From NCBI GenBank assembly GCA_004295015.1, contig SHNE01000033.1, positions 75,421-139,420 of the forward strand: DNA of 64,000 bases, in the 5' to 3' direction. Origin of the DNA: Bacteroidota bacterium (GTDB taxonomy: Bacteria; Bacteroidota; Bacteroidia; AKYH767-A; 2013-40CM-41-45). Within the stretch, counting starts at the first letter, position 1. Each line of letters starts with the position of its first letter. The notes beneath the pieces were generated by a model that did not search any database, had not been told where the DNA came from, and worked only from the letters and a program-made list of their open reading frames with translations. Made by a program: the position numbers and the translations under genes. Below are positions 51,786 through 60,522 of the stretch, piece after piece.

Positions 51786-52772
51786 ATGAAAGTATCAAAG
51801 GAAGTAAGAATCGGTTTTATTGTTATTGCAGGAGTTCTTCTCGCATATTGGGGTATAAATTTTCTAAAGGGAAGGGATTTTTTTACCAGCCGAACCCTGG
51901 TTTTTGCTGTGTACCACAGAGTTGACGGACTTGCTCCATCAAATGCCGTTTATGTTAATGGAATGAAAGTAGGCATGGTAAGAAAACTTACTCTCCTTCC
52001 TGATTTTTCTGGTCGTATTCTGGTAAGTCTTCAAATTAACAATGATTTAAAAATTCCCAGAAACTCTGAGGCAGAAATTTATGGTACAGATTTGCTGGGT
52101 TCGAAAGGAGTTCGAATAATTTTTGGGGATAGTAAGGAAGACCTGCAGGATGGAGACACACTGATTGCTGATATCCAAAAGAGTCTCACGGAAGAAGTAA
52201 ATGCCCAGGTAGCGCCCTTCAAACAGAAGGCGGAAAGTTTATTGTCTTCCATGGATTCTGTGTTACTCATTGTTCAGGCCGTCTTCAATGAGACAACCAA
52301 ACAGAATTTAAAGAACTCGTTTCAAAGTATTTCTAATTCTTTATCTTCTATTGAACATATCGCATCAAATCTTGATACAGTCCTTTCTCCAAAAGGGAGG
52401 CTGCAAAATATTCTGGCCAATGTCGAATCCATTAGTCTCAACCTGAAGAATAATAACGATAAGATTGAGGGAATACTAAGTAATTTTCATGCACTTTCAG
52501 ACACACTGGTTAAGTCGAATTTTGCCGGTACTGTCGAGAATGCCAGAAAAACACTTGAAGAAACTGCAGGGATATTTGCCAAGGTTAATAAAGGGGAAGG
52601 TTCTCTCGGGATGTTGGTGAATGATGATAGCTTGTATTCGCAATTGAATTCGTCTGCACGCGATTTGGATTTGCTGTTGCAGGATATCCAACTTAATCCT
52701 AAAAAATATCTGAGCTTTTCCGTTATTTCAATAGGAAGTGGTAAAAAAAGTAAAAAGACTACAGGGAACTAG
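51786..52772 (+). CDS. mlaD: MlaD/MCE-domain protein
   Basis: N-terminal TM helix plus an MCE domain (…VYHRVDGLAPSNAVYVNGMKVGMV…). C-terminal helical region. Confidence 0.8.
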   Translation: MKVSKEVRIGFIVIAGVLLAYWGINFLKGRDFFTSRTLVFAVYHRVDGLAPSNAVYVNGMKVGMVRKLTLLPDFSGRILVSLQINNDLKIPRNSEAEIYGTDLLGSKGVRIIFGDSKEDLQDGDTLIADIQKSLTEEVNAQVAPFKQKAESLLSSMDSVLLIVQAVFNETTKQNLKNSFQSISNSLSSIEHIASNLDTVLSPKGRLQNILANVESISLNLKNNNDKIEGILSNFHALSDTLVKSNFAGTVENARKTLEETAGIFAKVNKGEGSLGMLVNDDSLYSQLNSSARDLDLLLQDIQLNPKKYLSFSVISIGSGKKSKKTTGN

Positions 52773-52777
52773 ATTTT

Positions 52778-54085
52778 ATGTTTAGCCAAATCATTTTTAT
52801 TTTATTGTTGATTGCTTCTGTTTTTTTATTCTCGAAAAACGTTCGTCGTATTTCAAGAAATATTAAACTGGGAAGGGATCTTGACAGAAGCGATAAGTCT
52901 GCTCAGCGATGGAAAACAATGTTTATGGTTGCAATGGGACAAAGCAAAATGGTTGCAAGACCCATAGCAGGTATATTACACATTTTCGTGTATATTGGAT
53001 TTGTTATCATCAATATTGAAGTACTTGAAATAATTATTGACGGCATCACCGGAACTCACAGGGTATTCTCTTTTCTCGGACCACTCTACGATTTTTTAAT
53101 CGGAAGCTTTGAGATTCTTGCACTTCTGGTTCTTGTGGCTTGTGTGATTTTTTTGATACGAAGGAATATATTAAAATTGAAGAGGTTTTGGTCAAAAGAA
53201 ATGACTTCCTGGCCGCGTACAGATGCTAACCTTATTCTAATCACAGAGATTTTATTGATGTCAGCATTTCTGACAATGGATGCTGCCGATCAGATATTAC
53301 AATCAAGAGATTTCTCGCATTTCACACAGGCAGGTGCATTTCCGGTAAGTTCGTTGATGACAGGTTTTCTTTCATCCGTTTCAAGTGAAGGGTTATTCAT
53401 GATCGAACGATTATGTTGGTGGTTTCATATTATCGGGATTCTTGCCTTTTTAAATTATGTACCCTATTCAAAGCACTTTCATATTTTCCTTGCTTTCCCG
53501 AATACTTACTATTCCAATCTCAAAGAGAAGGGGAGTTTTACAAATATGGCAAGTGTTACCAGGGAAGTAAAATTAATGCTTGATCCCTCCGCTGTGCCAC
53601 CTGCAGAAAGTGCCGCCGCACCTGAACGATTTGGAGCCAAGGATGTGTTTGATCTTAACTGGAAGCAATTGATGGATGCATATTCCTGTACTGAATGTGG
53701 AAGATGTACATCTGTTTGTCCCGCTAATCAAACCGGGAAAGTTCTATCTCCGAGGAAAATAATGATGGATACAAGAGACAGACTTGAAGAGGCCGGCAAG
53801 GCTATAGATAAAAATGGTGCCGACTTCAGAGATGATAAATCTTTGCTTTCATATATTTCAGAAGAAGAACTTTGGGCTTGTACCAGCTGTAATGCATGCA
53901 CGGAAGCTTGTCCGGTTAATATTGATCCGCTTAGTATCATCATGGATATGCGTCGCTACCTGGTTATGGAAGAGTCGAAAGTACCTGCTGAATTAGGAGG
54001 AATGTTTAATAAAATTGAGAACAACGGAGCTCCATGGCAATTCGCGCAAGCTGATCGATTCAACTGGGCAAAGGATAATTCATAG
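52778..54085 (+). CDS. Membrane-anchored (Fe-S)-binding protein, HdrD/GlpC-like N-terminal half (NarI-like TM domain plus 2x[4Fe-4S])
   Basis: 5-6 TM helices, then CTECGRCTSVCPAN and CTSCNACTEACPVN ferredoxin motifs. Confidence 0.7.
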   Translation: MFSQIIFILLLIASVFLFSKNVRRISRNIKLGRDLDRSDKSAQRWKTMFMVAMGQSKMVARPIAGILHIFVYIGFVIINIEVLEIIIDGITGTHRVFSFLGPLYDFLIGSFEILALLVLVACVIFLIRRNILKLKRFWSKEMTSWPRTDANLILITEILLMSAFLTMDAADQILQSRDFSHFTQAGAFPVSSLMTGFLSSVSSEGLFMIERLCWWFHIIGILAFLNYVPYSKHFHIFLAFPNTYYSNLKEKGSFTNMASVTREVKLMLDPSAVPPAESAAAPERFGAKDVFDLNWKQLMDAYSCTECGRCTSVCPANQTGKVLSPRKIMMDTRDRLEEAGKAIDKNGADFRDDKSLLSYISEEELWACTSCNACTEACPVNIDPLSIIMDMRRYLVMEESKVPAELGGMFNKIENNGAPWQFAQADRFNWAKDNS

Positions 54086-54112
54086 AGCATTTAAGCAAAA
54101 AATCATCACAGA

Positions 54113-54898
54113 ATGGAATTTAAAATTGAAACGATGGCCGACTACGCTGCACGAGGTGAAAAACCCGAAGTGCTTTTTTGGGTTGGCTGTGCCGGAAGTT
54201 TCGATGAGCGAGCACAAAAAATAACCCGTGCAGTAGCGAAGATTCTTCATCATGCAGGAGTGCATTTTGCTGTTCTTGGTACTGAAGAATCCTGTACCGG
54301 CGATCCGGCAAAGAGAGCCGGTAACGAATTTCTGTTCCAGATGCAGGCAATGACAAATATTCAGGTTCTTAATGGATATGAAGTGACAAGGATAGTTACT
54401 GCTTGTCCTCATTGTTTTAACACACTTAAGAACGAGTATCCTGAACTAGGAGGGAACTACAACGTTTTCCATCATTCTGAACTACTGCAAAGTCTCATTA
54501 ACGAAGGCCGGCTTCAGGTTAAAGGCGGAAGTTATGCAGGGAAAAAGATAACTTTTCATGACCCTTGTTACCTCGGCCGGGGAAATTCAGTGTACGAAGC
54601 ACCACGTGAAGTAATCGAAAAACTGGATGCCGCACTTTCTGAAATGAAACGTTCACGTGCCAAAGGATTTTGTTGTGGGGCCGGAGGAGCTCAGATGTTT
54701 AAAGAGCCTGAACAAGGATCGAAGGATGTTAACATTGAGAGGACAGAAGAAGCATTAGCATTAAAACCAGATGTGATTGCAGTCGGATGTCCGTTTTGCA
54801 TGACAATGATGACAGACGGAGTGAAGCATTTCAATAAGGAAGCAGAGGTAAAAGTCATGGACATTGCCGAACTTATCGCAGCGGCCAACGACCTGTGA
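54113..54898 (+). CDS. CCG-domain (cysteine-rich) Fe-S protein, HdrD/GlpC/LutA-like C-terminal half
   Basis: Two CCG motifs (CPHCF…HDPCYLGR; CCGAGG…GCPFCM). Confidence 0.7.
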   Translation: MEFKIETMADYAARGEKPEVLFWVGCAGSFDERAQKITRAVAKILHHAGVHFAVLGTEESCTGDPAKRAGNEFLFQMQAMTNIQVLNGYEVTRIVTACPHCFNTLKNEYPELGGNYNVFHHSELLQSLINEGRLQVKGGSYAGKKITFHDPCYLGRGNSVYEAPREVIEKLDAALSEMKRSRAKGFCCGAGGAQMFKEPEQGSKDVNIERTEEALALKPDVIAVGCPFCMTMMTDGVKHFNKEAEVKVMDIAELIAAANDL

Positions 54899-54929
54899 TT
54901 TTAATTGATAGGGTATCTTCTCTCCCCAA

Positions 54930-55940
54930 TCATATTCCTTTTATTCTTTCTACCAGAGATCGTATTCCATCTCTTTTTGATGCATCAATCCGTCCTTGTT
55001 GGATCAACAAATCATTGTTTGCGTTTTCATTCAGATAATATCTGAAAACAAACGGAACCTGTGGCGATGACCAACCGCCTATCTGACCAAAACGAAGATC
55101 GCTGAACTGTACAGTATCACCTTTTTGTTCAATGGTATAATAGCCTGCCGAGAAGCGTATTAGTTTTTGAACTTCCTCATTATCCTTGTAGGCGATTAAG
55201 AGAGAATCTCTTCTCGGATAAAAGTTAAATGTGAGATCCTTACTCTTGTCAAAGACCGAATAATAAGCAATTTCATAACCATCGTCGGTATTTGCAACGA
55301 TATACCAAAGAAAATTATTCAACGGAGTAGGAGTGCTGAAATAATCAGTAGTCGAAATTGATTTCTCCTGAAAATTATCACGTGAAATTTTGTCGACCTG
55401 AAATTTATGAAATAGTGCATAGCCTATATAAATAGTACTGATCACAAGAGCAAAATTTGCCCACTTCATCCGATGTAAATTTGTTTTCTTCAGAATCAGA
55501 AGTGCAATGGCTGAAATAAGTAAGGCAATTGTATAAAAGGGATCAGCAACAAAAAGTACGTTGAACGAAACGCGATAATGGCTAAACGGCTCAAACCAGC
55601 CGGTACCATAAGCTGTGAGAGCATCAATAAAAAGGTGAATGAGAATTCCGCTTCCCCATATCAGAAGCCAATCTTTATACTGCATTCCCGAAGCAGCATA
55701 TTTTTTTCTGAACAGCCATGCCAAAGCAGGAGCAGCGAGAAATAAGAAAAGTATGGAATGAGTAAAACCACGATGTGCAAGTAAAGAATCGGCCTGGTTC
55801 ATCCAGATTCCTGTAATAACATCAATGTCAGGGACGTTATTGGCTATTGCCCCCCACAACATTGCTTTTTTGCCTATTTTCTTTCCGGCAATAGCTTCAC
55901 CAAGACAAGCTCCTAATACTGTATGTGTTAATGAATCCAT
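54930..55940 (-). CDS. Membrane-bound metal-dependent hydrolase (YdjM/DUF457 family)
   Basis: MDSLTHTVLGA…HRGFTHS motif, TM helices and a C-terminal extracytoplasmic domain. Confidence 0.6.
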   Translation of the reverse strand: MDSLTHTVLGACLGEAIAGKKIGKKAMLWGAIANNVPDIDVITGIWMNQADSLLAHRGFTHSILFLFLAAPALAWLFRKKYAASGMQYKDWLLIWGSGILIHLFIDALTAYGTGWFEPFSHYRVSFNVLFVADPFYTIALLISAIALLILKKTNLHRMKWANFALVISTIYIGYALFHKFQVDKISRDNFQEKSISTTDYFSTPTPLNNFLWYIVANTDDGYEIAYYSVFDKSKDLTFNFYPRRDSLLIAYKDNEEVQKLIRFSAGYYTIEQKGDTVQFSDLRFGQIGGWSSPQVPFVFRYYLNENANNDLLIQQGRIDASKRDGIRSLVERIKGI

Positions 55941-55995
55941 ATCCTGCTTTTGGCAAAAAATCCTGCTAAATTATTCATGTAAATCTAAAATAATT

Positions 55996-56003
55996 TAACT
56001 TTG
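55996..56003 (+). promoter_or_regulatory. Candidate Bacteroidota -7 promoter element (TAACTTTG matches TAnnTTTG) upstream of slyD
   Basis: TAACTTTG lies 15 nt upstream of the ATG in a divergent intergenic region. Confidence 0.25.
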
Positions 56004-56018
56004 TAAAAAATTTATACA

Positions 56019-56510
56019 ATGAATGTAGCCGAAAATAAAGTGGTAACTGTCACCTACATATTGCATGCAAACCTTCCATCTGAAGAAAAGCAGCATATTG
56101 AAACGGCAGACGCAAGCCGTCCATTAAGTTTTATGCATGGTGTAGGTATGATGATTCCCGGATTTGAAAAAGGCCTTGAAGGCATGAAAACCGGCGACAG
56201 TTTTAATTTTACTATTGAAGCAGCTGAGGCTTATGGGGAGAATGATGAAACGGCAATCATAAAGTTGCCCATCGAAATTTTCAAAGTGGAAGACAAGATA
56301 GACTTCGATGTATTGAAGGTCGGCAATATGCTTCCTATGAGCGATAATCAGGGAAACACAATGAATGGAAAGGTTGTTGGTTTTGATGATACCATGGTTA
56401 CTATGGATTTTAATCATCCTCTTTCAGGGCATCAGCTTCATTTCTCCGGAGAAATTATTGAGATTCGTGAAGCTTCAGCAGAAGAGATCGAACACGGTCA
56501 CGTTCATTAA
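56019..56510 (+). CDS. slyD: FKBP-type peptidyl-prolyl cis-trans isomerase (SlyD-like, His-rich tail)
   Basis: FKBP domain with an IF insertion. C-terminal EIEHGHVH. Confidence 0.85.
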   Translation: MNVAENKVVTVTYILHANLPSEEKQHIETADASRPLSFMHGVGMMIPGFEKGLEGMKTGDSFNFTIEAAEAYGENDETAIIKLPIEIFKVEDKIDFDVLKVGNMLPMSDNQGNTMNGKVVGFDDTMVTMDFNHPLSGHQLHFSGEIIEIREASAEEIEHGHVH

Positions 56511-56537
56511 TCGTGGCTCAGTTCTAACTTATATAAA

Positions 56538-56570
56538 AGAAAAACCGCTGTACACAGCGGTTTTTCTTTT
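56538..56570. terminator. Bidirectional rho-independent terminator between the convergent slyD and DUF3127 genes
   Basis: AAAAACCGCTGT-aca-CAGCGGTTTTTCTTTT: a perfect 9-bp stem flanked by A-run and T-run. Confidence 0.6.
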
Positions 56571-56605
56571 ATATGAAATTTGTAAGTTTCGTTTTATATA
56601 AAGGC

Positions 56606-56959
56606 TTAAAAAGGAAGATCATCTTTCTCTCTTGGAGGATGTGTTTCGTATTCAGGTTCGCGCTGACTTGAATTTCCGCTCCCTGCACCTTTTTCTATTT
56701 TCCATGCTTCCAGAGAATTAAAGTATTTAATTTCTCCTTGTGGACTTGTCCATTCTCTTCCACGGAGGTTAAAGTGAACCGTTATAGCATCACCTTGATT
56801 TGCTCCATCCAACAGGTTGCATCGATCTTGTGTCAATTGAAAGCTGATGAATTGAGGGTATTGTGAAGAATTATCCTCCAATACAAATTCTCTCTTTTTG
56901 AAACGGTCGTTTACTGCTGTTGTTTCCTTTAAGACTTTGAGTGTTCCGCTTACTTGCAT
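56606..56959 (-). CDS. DUF3127 domain-containing protein
   Basis: 117 aa. The N-terminus MQVSGTLKVL…REFVL…Q…SFQL is typical of DUF3127. Confidence 0.65.
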   Translation of the reverse strand: MQVSGTLKVLKETTAVNDRFKKREFVLEDNSSQYPQFISFQLTQDRCNLLDGANQGDAITVHFNLRGREWTSPQGEIKYFNSLEAWKIEKGAGSGNSSQREPEYETHPPREKDDLPF

Positions 56960-57168
56960 AATTGTTATAATTTAGGACAAATGTACGAAAATTGATCTTG
57001 ATACTCTCATGCTTTCCCGCTTGTTAATAAATTTTTCCCGGATTATTTCTTCTATTTTAGTCAAAATGAACAGAATTGATGCACCTCGTAATCCGTGAAA
57101 AGTGTAAAGAGGGCATCAGCCCGGGATTTATTTTTTCCTATATTTAAACTCATAAAAAAATTACTCTC

Positions 57169-59004
57169 ATGAAGAGACTGATACTTCCGCTTCTGTTTTG
57201 TTTGAGTATCTCCGGATTTGCTCAAACATTTTCGAACACGACGCCAACTCCGATACCGAATACAAATACGGATATTTCTATCCCTATTTATGTCATTGGT
57301 ATCCCGAACGTAATAGATTCTTCTTTTGGAATTGGTGCCGTTTGTTTGAATATTTCGCATCAGTTCACAGCCGATTTAGTTGTCAAATTAAAATCTCCAA
57401 GTGGAACAATTATCATTCTTGCCGATTCAAAAGGAGGAAGTTCAAACGGTTACCCGGGAACATGTTTCCAGGAGAATGCCACGGATGGCTGGATAAATCT
57501 GGCCCCAACACCTTTTACAGGCTCGTATTATCCACAACAGTCGCTCAACTTATTTAACACAGGTGAAAATCCAAATGGAACATGGGAATTGATTCTTCGG
57601 GATGTATTCACTCCGTCAGATACAGGATCATTTCAGTATATCAACATCACATTTATGTTTAATCCTCCGGCAGATCCGGCATCCGGCGGAGGGCCTTGCA
57701 GTGCTTCAAATCCTGCCGCTTGTCAATGCCCGGATGGTGTATTAACGAATTGTGATTTACTGCCTGATATGACGGCATCTGCTCTTTGTATTCAAAATGA
57801 TCATCAGGAATATCCCGGAAATATTACCCTGGCAAATGCCACACCTAACATAGGCTACGGACCTTTGGAGATTCATGGGTCAGGGACTTGTTATTGCGAT
57901 ACTGTTCCGGTTTCCTGTTCAACTTCTGTTTGTCCTGATGGATCTGCTGTCAAGGAATTGATCATTCAACGCGTTTATCACAGAGATAACGCTTCAATGA
58001 CTTATTACGATCGTCCTGCAGGTACTATGAGTTATCATCCTACTCATGGCCATGTGCATGTAGATAATTGGGCAGAGTTTACTCTTCGTCGCGGTACCTC
58101 TGATCCTGATGCTCGCAATTGGCCGGTGATAGGTGAAGGAACGAAAGTCAGCTTTTGCCTGGTTAATCTGGGAGATTGTGACAGCGATTTTGGGTATTGC
58201 GTAGACTCAATCGGTCAGTCATTGCACAAAGCAGATATTCCGAATTCTGATTTTGGTACTGTATCAGGATGTAGCCGTGATCAGGGAATTTATGTTGGTA
58301 ACCTGGATATTTACAGTTCGGGATTAAATGGAATGGGAATTATTCTTCCACCTAACACCTGCAATGGAGATTATTACATCGTTTCTATTACCGACCCCCA
58401 AAATAACATGCTTGAAATGAACGATGACAATAATTGGGTTGCGGTTCCAATAACTCTTACCCAACAAAGTGCAGGATCATTTCCTGCTACAGGATATATG
58501 TATACCGTGAATGGGAACTCTGCAAACCTCGTTGCCAATGCTGTCGGTGCAGATTCATTAGTTTGGAGTTGGGGCGATGGTTCAGTGAATGACGTAACAA
58601 CAAACATTTTGCTGACACATACATTTCCTGCTGCCGGTGATTATATTGTTACTCTGACTGCTTATAATCAGTGCGGACCAACGGTTACGATAGATACCGT
58701 TGTTATTCTGCCTATTAATACAGGAATTTCAGAAAATGAAAAATTATTCTCCTTGAAAGTATTTCCTAATCCTGCCAAGAATTCCTTTACACTTTCTTAT
58801 GTTCTTGGCTCTTCAGATGATATCACATTCTCTTTGACTGATGTTAGAGGACGTATCATTTTGGAAGATCATTATGCAAATCAGTTAGCCGGAAAACATG
58901 AAAGTAATTTTGATACACAGAACTTAGGAATGAGTCCCGGGGTATATAATCTTAAATTAATGACATCCAATATTATACAAACAAAAAGGATTGTTATTCA
59001 TTGA
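57169..59004 (+). CDS. Secreted multidomain protein: proprotein-convertase P-domain, lysyl-oxidase-like catalytic domain, PKD domain and T9SS C-terminal sorting domain
   Basis: P-domain-like N-terminus. LOX-like Cu-site YHPTHGHVHVDNWAEF (cf. WHSCHQHYHSMDEF) and EGTKVSFCLVNLGDCDSDFGYC (cf. [24 protein letters not shown], with the LTQ Lys conserved). PKD (WGDGS…TLTAYNQCG). T9SS tail. Confidence 0.6.
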   Translation: MKRLILPLLFCLSISGFAQTFSNTTPTPIPNTNTDISIPIYVIGIPNVIDSSFGIGAVCLNISHQFTADLVVKLKSPSGTIIILADSKGGSSNGYPGTCFQENATDGWINLAPTPFTGSYYPQQSLNLFNTGENPNGTWELILRDVFTPSDTGSFQYINITFMFNPPADPASGGGPCSASNPAACQCPDGVLTNCDLLPDMTASALCIQNDHQEYPGNITLANATPNIGYGPLEIHGSGTCYCDTVPVSCSTSVCPDGSAVKELIIQRVYHRDNASMTYYDRPAGTMSYHPTHGHVHVDNWAEFTLRRGTSDPDARNWPVIGEGTKVSFCLVNLGDCDSDFGYCVDSIGQSLHKADIPNSDFGTVSGCSRDQGIYVGNLDIYSSGLNGMGIILPPNTCNGDYYIVSITDPQNNMLEMNDDNNWVAVPITLTQQSAGSFPATGYMYTVNGNSANLVANAVGADSLVWSWGDGSVNDVTTNILLTHTFPAAGDYIVTLTAYNQCGPTVTIDTVVILPINTGISENEKLFSLKVFPNPAKNSFTLSYVLGSSDDITFSLTDVRGRIILEDHYANQLAGKHESNFDTQNLGMSPGVYNLKLMTSNIIQTKRIVIH

Positions 59005-59024
59005 AAAAACTTATGATGATATCT

Positions 59025-59059
59025 AATGCCTTGAATAATCCTCAGGGCATTTTTTTTTG
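59025..59059 (+). terminator. Rho-independent terminator after the LOX-like gene
   Basis: AATGCC-(15-nt loop)-GGCATT followed by T9. Confidence 0.45.
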
Positions 59060-59133
59060 TCTATTTTTGAGCATTAAATATTTCTAAAATCCCGGCTTTA
59101 AATCGGAGTTGAAATTCCTTTAAGCTAAAAGAC

Positions 59134-60522
59134 TTGATCTTTATCATGAAACAAAAAAACGTTTTTTTTATTTTGATTCCTTTTTTCGTATTGCTTAGTC
59201 ATTTCAGTTTTTCCCAGGTTTCATTATTGTGGAAGGATCCCATCAAAACATCCTTGAACAGTGTGAATCAGGCAGTCTTAATGGAAATGGATAAGCTTGG
59301 AAACTGCTATGTGGTAGGGATAACCTGGGTAGCTGATTCGACCAAGGATATCTTGATCATGAAATTTGATCCAAATGGTGCAGAAATTTGGCGACGTTTT
59401 TATGATGGGCCGGCACACAATGATGATATCGCTATAACAGCTTGTCTGGACCACTACGGTGATATTATTGTTTCCGGTACAAGTAAAGATGAGAAAGGAA
59501 ACGTGGATATATGTTTAGTCAAATTTTCGAATGAAGGCGTACCGGTTTTCAGCCGGACAATGGATGGAGGATCATTCTTGTTTGATGCTCCTACATCAGT
59601 TACTTGTGATCCTATAGGGAATATTTTACTTGGTGGCTATGTAACCAGTCCGGATTCAGGACTAAACCTTGCCCTATACCGGTTTTATCCTGACGGTCAG
59701 TTATCCTGGTTCCGAACTTCCGGTACCACAAATATGGACATTGCCAATACATTGGTAGCAGACGACTCCTGTAATGTATATGTGGGCGGAACCTACAATT
59801 CATCGATACGTACCTCTGACATGCTGATTCAAAAATATGACTCCGCAGGTAATAAGAAATGGGAATATATCTATGATGGAACACTTTCAATGGGAGATGC
59901 AATCTTCCATATGGCTGCAGATGATTCAACAAATTTGTATGTCACAGGATACCTGAACCATGGAAGTGAACGATCTGACATTCCTATTTTCAAATTAAGT
60001 CGAAATGGAGAGTTGCTGCAGGAGAATATATTTTTTGGAGGAATGACTGATTGTATCAGCAAGCAATTGTTTGTCGACAAAACCGGTTGCTTCATTATCG
60101 CACAACAAAGTGATTACATGAGAGGAACAACTGCTACAATCGCCCTTCATTACAACAAAGCAGGGGAGCAGACCTTATTTCTGAAGAATGAGAAAGGTAT
60201 ACGTTTTGGCAAGATAGTTTCGTTAAACGGAACTGCTTTGATTCTTGGAACAGGACTCATAAGACCGGAGAACACGCTGATTCCATTTATTGCCGAAACG
60301 GATACCTCCGGTGAAATCGAATGGCAATATGCTGATTCAAGCATAGCAGGACTTTCACATATGTTGGATTACAGGGTGCGAGGCAACAAACTTTATTTTC
60401 TCGGAGATGATACCGGTGAAGCCACCGGAACCATAACCTTGTTTTGTTATCAATTAAAAAAAGAAGCAGCAGGTAAAAGAAAACCTGTTAAAAAAGCGAA
60501 TGGCACATTACGCAAAAATTAA
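59134..60522 (+). CDS. SBBP beta-propeller repeat protein, secreted, no T9SS tail
   Basis: Signal peptide. Repeats of …DG…D.a.ai..d..G.i.vsGt…D…vKf…G…w… resemble SBBP. Confidence 0.5.
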   Translation: MIFIMKQKNVFFILIPFFVLLSHFSFSQVSLLWKDPIKTSLNSVNQAVLMEMDKLGNCYVVGITWVADSTKDILIMKFDPNGAEIWRRFYDGPAHNDDIAITACLDHYGDIIVSGTSKDEKGNVDICLVKFSNEGVPVFSRTMDGGSFLFDAPTSVTCDPIGNILLGGYVTSPDSGLNLALYRFYPDGQLSWFRTSGTTNMDIANTLVADDSCNVYVGGTYNSSIRTSDMLIQKYDSAGNKKWEYIYDGTLSMGDAIFHMAADDSTNLYVTGYLNHGSERSDIPIFKLSRNGELLQENIFFGGMTDCISKQLFVDKTGCFIIAQQSDYMRGTTATIALHYNKAGEQTLFLKNEKGIRFGKIVSLNGTALILGTGLIRPENTLIPFIAETDTSGEIEWQYADSSIAGLSHMLDYRVRGNKLYFLGDDTGEATGTITLFCYQLKKEAAGKRKPVKKANGTLRKN

